A model generated the notes under the pieces. The model was given only the letters and a program-made list of their open reading frames with translations, had not been told where the DNA came from and made no database searches. The position numbers and the translations under genes are program-made. Below, one piece after another: positions 57,273-64,000 of a stretch of 64,000 bases of DNA (the stretch's first letter is position 1; each line of letters starts with the position of its first letter). This DNA is from Candidatus Eiseniibacteriota bacterium (GTDB lineage: Bacteria; Eisenbacteria; RBG-16-71-46; CAZAMP01): assembly GCA_965224245.1 (NCBI GenBank), contig OZ245046.1:3648001-3712000 (forward strand), in the 5' to 3' direction.

Positions 57273-58979
57273 TCAGTGGGCGATGAGCCGCCCGAGACGG
57301 TGTGTGAGCTTCAGGTTCTCGGAGTAATCGACGGGCACCACGACCACCGACGGACGTGAGGTCTCGCGCGCCGCGGCCTCCATCGCCGCGGTGAATCCGT
57401 CGGCGCTCTCCACGCGCGTTGCGAACGCACCGAACGAACGGGCCAGCGCCACGAGATCCGGGTTCCGGAACGACGTGTGAGACGTCGTTCCGAACTGGGC
57501 CTCCTGCTTCCAGGCGATCAGACCGTACCCGTCGTCCTCCCAGACGAGGGTGATGCTGGGCACCTCGTACTGGACGGCGGTGGCCAGCTCCTGGACGTTC
57601 ATCAGGAAGCCGCCGTCCCCGCACAGGCCGACGGCGCGCCGCTCCGGATGGACCAGCTTTGCCGCGACGGCGCCGGGAAGCGCAATGCCCATCGAGCAGA
57701 ACCCGTTGGAGATGATCACGGTACCGGGCACGAACGCGGGATAGTAGCGGGCGATCCACATCTTGTGGGCGCCGACGTCCGAGATCAGGATGTCGTCGTC
57801 GTCCATGAACGCGCGCAGGTCGCGGAGGATGCGCTGCGGCTTCATCGGAAACGAATCGCTCAGCGCGGTCTCGCGCGCCTCCCGGAACGCGGGGTTCTCG
57901 CCCTGGATCTCGTCGGCCGCGAGGCTCGCCCATCCCAGCTCGTGGATCATGTGCTGCCGCACGTGCCGGAACTCGGGCACGTCGAAGCGAACGTCGTCGC
58001 CGAGCTTCTCGTTGATCTCCCAGAGTGCCGACGCCACGTCGCTGACGACCTCCACCTCGGTCCGGTAGTGGTTGTCCACCTCCGCCGGCGCGAAGTCGAT
58101 GTGGATGATCTTCTTGTCCTGATCGGGATTCCACCGATCGGGGTGCCACTCGATCATGTCGTACCCGATCGCGAGCACGACGTCGGCCTTTGCGAAGGCC
58201 TCGTTGATGTGGTCCTTCGAGCCCAGCCCCGCCACGAAGAGCGAATGCGGATCTCGATCCGAGATCACCCCCTTGCCCATGAACGTGTGAACCACCATCA
58301 CGCCCGTGCGATCGACGAGGCGCTGGAGCTGCTTCGTCGCCCGCTTGCGAACGCAGCCGTTGCCCGCGATGACCAGCGGCCGCTCGGCCGAGCGCAACAG
58401 GTCCACGGCCTGCCGCACGGCCTTGTGGTCGGGCGCCGCGCGCCGGAACTTGTGTCCCCGAACGGGGATCGGCGTCTCGGTGGTGTCGTCCTTCGCCACG
58501 TCCTCGGGCAGCTCCACGTGGGTCGCGCCCGGCTTCTCGAGCTGCGCGAGGCGGCTCGCCTTGCGGACGACCTCGGGGATGTTGTCGGCGCGATGGACCG
58601 AGGTCGCCCACTTCGTGATCGGTCTGAACATCTCGACGACGTTCATGTTCTGGTGCGACTCCTTGTGGAGACGCGTGAGGGCGCCCTGACCGGTGATCGC
58701 CATCACGGGCGATCGATCGAGGTGGGCGTTCGCGACACCGGTCACGAGGTTCGTCGCGCCGGGTCCGAGCGTGGCCAGGCACGTACCGGGCTTCCCGGTG
58801 AGGCGGCCGTAGACGTCGGCCATGAAGGCGGCGCCCTGCTCGTGGCGGCAGATCACGAACCGAATCGGGGAGTCGAGCAGCGACATCATCAGGTCGGCGT
58901 TCTCCTCGCCGGGAACGCCGAAGATGTACTCGACCCCCTCCTCTTCCAGGCACCGAAGGAACAGATCGGACGCTTTCAT
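57273..58979 (-). CDS. ThDP-dependent acetolactate-synthase-like enzyme; candidate 2-oxoglutarate decarboxylase
   Basis: FGVPGEEN, RHEQGAAFMADVYGRLTG, HKESHQ, GAHKMWIAR, ISNGF, GDGGFLMN, YGLI.WKQ. Confidence 0.9.
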   Translation of the reverse strand: MKASDLFLRCLEEEGVEYIFGVPGEENADLMMSLLDSPIRFVICRHEQGAAFMADVYGRLTGKPGTCLATLGPGATNLVTGVANAHLDRSPVMAITGQGALTRLHKESHQNMNVVEMFRPITKWATSVHRADNIPEVVRKASRLAQLEKPGATHVELPEDVAKDDTTETPIPVRGHKFRRAAPDHKAVRQAVDLLRSAERPLVIAGNGCVRKRATKQLQRLVDRTGVMVVHTFMGKGVISDRDPHSLFVAGLGSKDHINEAFAKADVVLAIGYDMIEWHPDRWNPDQDKKIIHIDFAPAEVDNHYRTEVEVVSDVASALWEINEKLGDDVRFDVPEFRHVRQHMIHELGWASLAADEIQGENPAFREARETALSDSFPMKPQRILRDLRAFMDDDDILISDVGAHKMWIARYYPAFVPGTVIISNGFCSMGIALPGAVAAKLVHPERRAVGLCGDGGFLMNVQELATAVQYEVPSITLVWEDDGYGLIAWKQEAQFGTTSHTSFRNPDLVALARSFGAFATRVESADGFTAAMEAAARETSRPSVVVVPVDYSENLKLTHRLGRLIAH

Positions 58980-59141
58980 GGCGTGCACTCCGTCACGACG
59001 GATGGGGTTGCGGAGAGGATCCCGGCCGTTCCCCGGCATGACGAGACACTAGAGCATCATCGGGCCCGGAATCCACCGGACGACACCGCCGGAGATCGTC
59101 TCCGGCCGGTACGCGCGAACTGAAGTGGTCGAGACGACCAC

Positions 59142-59174
59142 AAAAAAACGCCGGCCCCGCGGAGGAGCCGGCGT
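59142..59174 (-). terminator. Intrinsic terminator
   Basis: On the - strand: ACGCCGGCTCC-loop-GGGGCCGGCG followed by T7, about 20 nt after the stop at 59196. Confidence 0.85.
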
Positions 59175-59195
59175 CGGAACCGAACGGAGCCGACG

Positions 59196-60026
59196 CTACG
59201 CGTCGGTGCTCGCGATGGCGCGAATGCGGGCCTGCATGACGGCCAGGTTGGCCATGACCGGATCGTCGAACTTCTGGTCGGCGAGGGTCATCGTGCACGT
59301 ACCGTGCGACTTCGTGTAGCCCACGGCGCACCCGTCGACGGTCTCGCCCTTGTCCGTGGCGAGCTTGATGGCCTCGACGCGCTCGGTGACCTTGGTGAGG
59401 AACGCCTGGGCCTCGGCCTCGGTCTTGAACGTGCGGTTGGCGACCTTGTAGCGCATCTTCGACGTGCAGCCGGCGTCGGCGGCCTTCGCGCTGGCGGTGG
59501 CGGCACAGTGGAGCGTCTCGTCGCTGCCCTCGACGCCGTAGGCGACCGTGAGCATCTCCTGCATGTCGGCGCGGAGCCCCTGGACCAGGGCGCTGGCGGC
59601 CTCGTGCTCGTCGGAGTAGGTCGTTCCGCGGGCGATGTAGGAGACGTTCGACCAGCTCGCGGCCTCGTCGCGGCTCATCGTGTACGTCGGCTGGCCGTCG
59701 ACCTTCGCCATGTAGACGAGCGTGGTCTTGCTGCAGTCCACGCCCTTCTCCAGGCAGGCCTCGTACGAGCAGTCGGACGCGTTCTTCGTGGCGCAAGCGG
59801 CCGCCATCGTGGCCGAGCATCCGGACATCTGGGCCGAGGCCGTCGTGACCTTGGACGCGCAGTGGTCGGACGCGCTGGCCGCCTTGGCGGCGCAGGAGGA
59901 GCTGGTGAGGCCAGCCGTCTTCGTCTCGGCCTTGGAGCCGCAGCCGGGCCCGGCGTCGGCAGTGAAGGCCACGATGCTGACGGCCGCGGCGGTCATCGCG
60001 AGGGTGCGGAAGAGCTTCATGTGCAT
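59196..60026 (-). CDS. Secreted Cys/Ala-rich hypothetical protein
   Basis: SD AGGAG; signal peptide; 12 Cys; biased codon usage; own terminator. Confidence 0.8.
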   Translation of the reverse strand: MHMKLFRTLAMTAAAVSIVAFTADAGPGCGSKAETKTAGLTSSSCAAKAASASDHCASKVTTASAQMSGCSATMAAACATKNASDCSYEACLEKGVDCSKTTLVYMAKVDGQPTYTMSRDEAASWSNVSYIARGTTYSDEHEAASALVQGLRADMQEMLTVAYGVEGSDETLHCAATASAKAADAGCTSKMRYKVANRTFKTEAEAQAFLTKVTERVEAIKLATDKGETVDGCAVGYTKSHGTCTMTLADQKFDDPVMANLAVMQARIRAIASTDA

Positions 60027-60276
60027 TCAACTCCTGTGACGAAGGGAACTTACCCAGCCCGTAGTACGACGAAGCCCGGCGGACCGGGCGACACCGATTA
60101 GAGTCGTCGAAGGCGGCGCCGGTTCCACAAATCCCGGCCCGGGAGCGGACACGGCCCCGACAGCCCGTATTGTCGGCGATCGAACGCCGTTCTTCAACCG
60201 CCTCGACCCTCGGAGCCGACAGCACACCGATTTGTCCAGGTTTCCACCCGGGCGCGACGGTGATCCGGGGCTCTGC

Positions 60277-60314
60277 TTGACGCGTTTCGACCGATAATGT
60301 AACCTACTTGTTAC
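60277..60314 (+). promoter_or_regulatory. Sigma70 promoter with overlapping inverted-repeat operator
   Basis: TTGACG-N17-TAACCT; GTAAC-N6-GTTAC at 60299-60314. Confidence 0.75.
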
Positions 60315-60316
60315 CT

Positions 60317-60664
60317 ATGAACGACCACACGACCGATCTCGTCTTCTCCGCGCTGGCCCATCCCGCGCGCCGGCGGATCCTCGACCTCCTGGTGAGCTCG
60401 CCGGGCTCGAGCGTGAAGGACATCGCATCGCACTTCGAGTTCACCCGGATCGCCACCATGAAGCACCTGGCGACGCTCGAGTCCGCCGACCTGGTCATCA
60501 GCGAGAAGACGGGACGCGTACGGCGTCACTACTTCAACGCCATTCCGATCCAGCTCATCTACGACCGGTGGACCAGCGACTACGCCGCGTTCTGGGCCGG
60601 CCGGATGGCCGACGTTCGAGACCGCGTCGAAGCGCGCCAGAAGGAGACGACGAAGCGTGCCTGA
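60317..60664 (+). CDS. ArsR/SmtB-family transcriptional regulator
   Basis: VFSALAHPARRRILDLL...MKHLATLESADLV...GRVR. Confidence 0.92.
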   Translation: MNDHTTDLVFSALAHPARRRILDLLVSSPGSSVKDIASHFEFTRIATMKHLATLESADLVISEKTGRVRRHYFNAIPIQLIYDRWTSDYAAFWAGRMADVRDRVEARQKETTKRA

Positions 60665-61181
60665 ACCATCCAAGTTCCGGGTCTTCATCCGGGGGACGAT
60701 CGAAGACGTCTGGCAGGAGATCACGCGTACCGACGCCCCGATCGCGGCGTTCTTCAACTCCCGGATGGACGTGGGCCGGCTCGCCCCGGGGTCGAAGCTC
60801 GCGATGCGGTCCCCCAGCGGCAAGTACACGGGTGTCGTCGGGGAGATCACCGACTACGACCCTCCGACGCGGTTCGGTCACACGTTTCGGTTCACGAACC
60901 TCGACGATCCCCCGTGCCGCGTCGTCTACGACCTCGAGGCCGTCGAGGGAGGCGTCCGGTTCACGCTCACGATCCACGACCTGCCCCTCGGAACGAAGAC
61001 CGCCAAGCAGATGGTGCGCGGCGGCACGATGATCGTGAACACGCTCAAGAGCGTCATCGAGACCGGCCGCCCGAGCTTCGGCACGCGGTTGCTCTTCGTT
61101 CTGTTCAGGCTTCTCGAGCCCACCACGCCCAGGCGGTGCCTGAGCGTCGAGTGGCCCGTGCGCGAAGGAGGTGATGCGTGA
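60657..61181 (+). CDS. SRPBCC (AHSA1-like) domain protein
   Basis: VFIRGTIEDVWQEIT...DPP.R....F...LKSVIETG; overlaps the ArsR gene. Confidence 0.85.
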   Translation: MPEPSKFRVFIRGTIEDVWQEITRTDAPIAAFFNSRMDVGRLAPGSKLAMRSPSGKYTGVVGEITDYDPPTRFGHTFRFTNLDDPPCRVVYDLEAVEGGVRFTLTIHDLPLGTKTAKQMVRGGTMIVNTLKSVIETGRPSFGTRLLFVLFRLLEPTTPRRCLSVEWPVREGGDA

Positions 61182-61334
61182 CCCGGGTCGTGGGCTCGAT
61201 CGTGCTCGGCGGAAGCGCCGTCTTCTTCGGGGAGGCTCGCGCTCGTCCCGCCGGTCGTCCAGCTGCGGGGCGACTCGCGGCCCGGATGGCCCGAGCGGGT
61301 CGGCACGTGGCGTCGCGTTCAGCCGGTCGCCCGG

Positions 61335-62024
61335 TCACCTCTCGGGACGTGCATGCGGAGACGTCCCGCTGGGTCCCGGCGACGCGTCACCGATCCGGGA
61401 TGGCGAATCCACGACGATCCGGGATCGAACCTGTGTCGGGTTGACGATGCTGGCGAAGCCCGGGGATCGCGAGGTCACGGACTGGAAGGCCGCCCGGACG
61501 GCGGCCGGAGGCGCGGGCGAGGACACCCGAACGGTGACCGAGAGCGTCTCGTAACCCGCGCGAGCCCGCGGATCGAGCCCGAGCACGGTTCGCGGATCGA
61601 TCGATCCCTCGGTGCCGATCTCGAGGGAGTCGATCTCGATGCCTCTCGCCGTGCACGCCATCACGAACGTCGCCACGAGACAGCTGTTGAGGCCGGACAG
61701 GAGGAGCTCCAGTGGATCGGGCGCGCTCGCGTTCACGCCGGACTCCGCGCCCATGTCGCTCTCGATGGAGATGGACGTTCCGGCATCGCTTCCACCGCCC
61801 TGCGCGAGCCGGCTCCGCGAGCGTAGGCCGCCGAGCCAGCGGGTCACGACCGCGCTGCGGGCCCGCTCCCCGTTGCGTTCCGGCAACCGGGCGGAGGTCG
61901 CCCCGAGCACCTCCGGGTCGAGTCCGTTGAGTCGGGTCGCATTCCGCGGTCCGCACCCCGAGGGGTTCGTATTATGCTCCCCGCAGCTCGTACCGTCGGG
62001 GTCGGCGGCCTCAATTCGCGTCAT
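61335..62024 (-). CDS. OsmC-family protein
   Basis: GVNASAPDPLELLLSGLNSC...GIEIDSLEI...SP; SD GGAGGA. Confidence 0.85.
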   Translation of the reverse strand: MTRIEAADPDGTSCGEHNTNPSGCGPRNATRLNGLDPEVLGATSARLPERNGERARSAVVTRWLGGLRSRSRLAQGGGSDAGTSISIESDMGAESGVNASAPDPLELLLSGLNSCLVATFVMACTARGIEIDSLEIGTEGSIDPRTVLGLDPRARAGYETLSVTVRVSSPAPPAAVRAAFQSVTSRSPGFASIVNPTQVRSRIVVDSPSRIGDASPGPSGTSPHARPER

Positions 62025-62163
62025 GGGTGGTTCCTCCGATGCTCAGTTCGAAATCCCATCGCGGAACCTGCAACGCCGAATGCACGATCCGATCCATCCA
62101 GCCGAGGTCGACCTCACCGGTGGCCCGTGATCCGGCGGTGCCCCAGCCCGCTGCCCATCCGCC

Positions 62164-64000
62164 ATGCCCACATCCAACGACGTAGAGCGCCTGTTTCAGG
62201 AGGCGCTCGGTCTCGACGAGACCGCCCGCGAGGCGTTCCTCCATGCGCTGGAGCCGTCCGTCCGGCGAGAGGTCGAGGAGCTGCTCGTGCACCTCGTGGC
62301 CGCGGAGACCGGCTTTCTCGAGACCCCGCCCGCGGACGTGGCCGCCTCGCTCGACGCGCCCGAGCCGGAGATCGTGGGGCGGTATCGGGTGATCCGGAAG
62401 CTCGGCGAGGGGGGCATGGGTCTGGTGTACGAGGCCGAGCAGCCCGAGCCGCTCCGGCGCGTCGCGCTCAAGATCATGAAGCCGCTCCTGCCGTCGTCCC
62501 AGCTCCGGCGCTTTCAGGTCGAGAGCGAGATCCTGGCCCAGCTCCGTCATCCCTCGATCGCGCACATCTACGAGGCCGGCGTCGAGACCGTCCACTACGC
62601 CGGAGGGCTCTCGACGCAGCAGCCGTTCCTGGCCATGGAGCTCGTGGACGGGCTGCCGCTGGACGATCACGCCCGCCGGTCGGGGCTGGGGCTTCGCGAG
62701 CGGCTCGAGCTCGTGGCCCGCGTGGCCGACGCCGTCCAGTCCGCCCACCAGCACGGCGTCATCCACCGCGACCTGAAGCCGGCCAACATCCTCGTCGACT
62801 CGACGGGGCTCCCCAAGGTCCTCGACTTCGGCGTGGCCCGCATCTGCCGATCCGAGGCCGTGGACGAGACCCTGCGCACGAACGCGGGCGAGCTCATCGG
62901 GACTCTGCCCTACATGAGCCCCGAGCAGCTGCGCAGTGAGGACGTCGACACCCGGAGCGACGTGTACGCGCTCGGGGTCATGCTGTACGAGCTCCTGACA
63001 GGACGCCGTCCCTTCGAGTTCCCGCGGGGTGTGATCACCGAGGTCACCGCGCGGCTCGCCGACGACCGCTACCCCAGCCCCGGCCAGCTCGACAGACGTC
63101 TCAGGGGCGACATCGAGGTCATCATCGCCACCGCGCTCGAGCGAGACCCCGACCGCCGGTACGCGTCCGCGGCCGCCCTCGCGCTCGACATCCGGAGGTT
63201 CCTGGCCGGGCATCCCATCGAGGCGCGGGCCGACAGCGGGTTCTACGTGCTGCGCAAGCAGCTCCGCCGCCATCTGGGCCCCGTGATCACGGGTGCGGCC
63301 TTCGTGGCGGCGCTGATCGCGTTCGCGGCGATCGCGTTCTCCCTGTACCGATCCGCTGAGGAGGCCCGGGCGATCGCGGATCGACAGAGAGCCGAGGCCA
63401 CGGACCGGCTGTTCTCCTCGTATGTGGCGTCGGCCAGGCTCGGGCGCTCGGCGCCCTTGCCCGGACGCCGCACCGAGAGCCTCGCGGCGCTCGCACGGGC
63501 GGCCGAGATCCGCATCGAGCCCGTCCTGCGGGACGAGGCGGTCGCCTCGCTCGCGCTGTCGGACCTGGTCGTCGTGCGCGAGATCGAGGCGCCCGGACAG
63601 ACCCTGAGCTCCGACGGACTGGCACACGTCGATCGGGTGGCCTGGACCCGGAACGACACCAGCGTGGTCACGCGCCTGGAGGACCTCGTGGAGCTGGCGC
63701 GGCTCCCGACGACGGGTCCGGTCCTCGCCCACGTCTTCTCGCCCGGGGGGCGGTACCTGCTCGTGCGCGAGCACACACCGGAGGGGCAGCACGGTCGTGT
63801 GTGGGATCTGACGACGTCCGAGCTTCTGTTCGACGCCGATCCGGTCACGTTCTACTCCGCGCGGGGCACGTTCCATCCCCGCGAGGAGCGGGTCGCGTTC
63901 GCCGCGCGGGATTCGAGCGTCCATCTGATCCCGCTGGATCGGGCTCCATCGCGTCGTCTGCCGGTCGGAATGCCGGCCACTCACCTCGCGTTCGACGCCG
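62164..64000 (+). CDS. Hanks-type Ser/Thr protein kinase with TM segment and probable WD40-like C-terminus, runs off the window (absent from the ORF track)
   Basis: Translated by hand from ATG 62164: LGEGGMGLVY, VALK, HRDLKPANIL, DFG, GTLPYMSPEQ, DVYALG. Confidence 0.93.
   Translation, partial: MPTSNDVERLFQEALGLDETAREAFLHALEPSVRREVEELLVHLVAAETGFLETPPADVAASLDAPEPEIVGRYRVIRKLGEGGMGLVYEAEQPEPLRRVALKIMKPLLPSSQLRRFQVESEILAQLRHPSIAHIYEAGVETVHYAGGLSTQQPFLAMELVDGLPLDDHARRSGLGLRERLELVARVADAVQSAHQHGVIHRDLKPANILVDSTGLPKVLDFGVARICRSEAVDETLRTNAGELIGTLPYMSPEQLRSEDVDTRSDVYALGVMLYELLTGRRPFEFPRGVITEVTARLADDRYPSPGQLDRRLRGDIEVIIATALERDPDRRYASAAALALDIRRFLAGHPIEARADSGFYVLRKQLRRHLGPVITGAAFVAALIAFAAIAFSLYRSAEEARAIADRQRAEATDRLFSSYVASARLGRSAPLPGRRTESLAALARAAEIRIEPVLRDEAVASLALSDLVVVREIEAPGQTLSSDGLAHVDRVAWTRNDTSVVTRLEDLVELARLPTTGPVLAHVFSPGGRYLLVREHTPEGQHGRVWDLTTSELLFDADPVTFYSARGTFHPREERVAFAARDSSVHLIPLDRAPSRRLPVGMPATHLAFDA

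Noticed and set aside
57256-58953. ALS-ALDH fusion (1042-aa ORF)
   Set aside because: The upstream part is an off-frame reading of the ThDP gene, which has its own stop at 57273; ALDH starts at ATG 57255

Overview
Very GC-rich (about 70% by eye) chromosomal segment of a diderm bacterium, densely coding with about 45 genes. I found no rRNA, tRNA, CRISPR array or intact mobile element. Five secreted proteins end in a PNPFN...GR-x-V/I FlgD-Ig / T9SS-type-A-like C-terminal domain, which suggests an FCB-group lineage such as Eisenbacteria/Krumholzibacteriota/Latescibacterota (inference). Housekeeping genes: UvrD-family helicase, era, trxB, a heterodimeric ABC exporter, and surA-S4-(ftsE/envC remnant)-holB-ricT-tatD-rsmA. 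Most notable: (1) a translationally coupled luxE - beta-barrel - matrixin lipoprotein - luxC operon with no luciferase or luxD in the window, followed by a class III aminotransferase; (2) a chimeric ftsE'-'envC ORF that looks like an in-frame deletion of most of the ftsE-ftsX-envC operon; (3) a ThDP enzyme plus aldehyde dehydrogenase pair resembling the cyanobacterial 2-oxoglutarate decarboxylase/SSADH TCA bypass; (4) a probable ATC start codon; (5) a Trp/Pro-rich disordered orphan protein; (6) several structured leaders. Many long ORFs in the supplied track are GC shadow frames, so starts were re-picked from SD sites and stop/start overlaps. Several single-base frameshifts may be sequencing errors. 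All calls come from motif recognition only; no searches were run.
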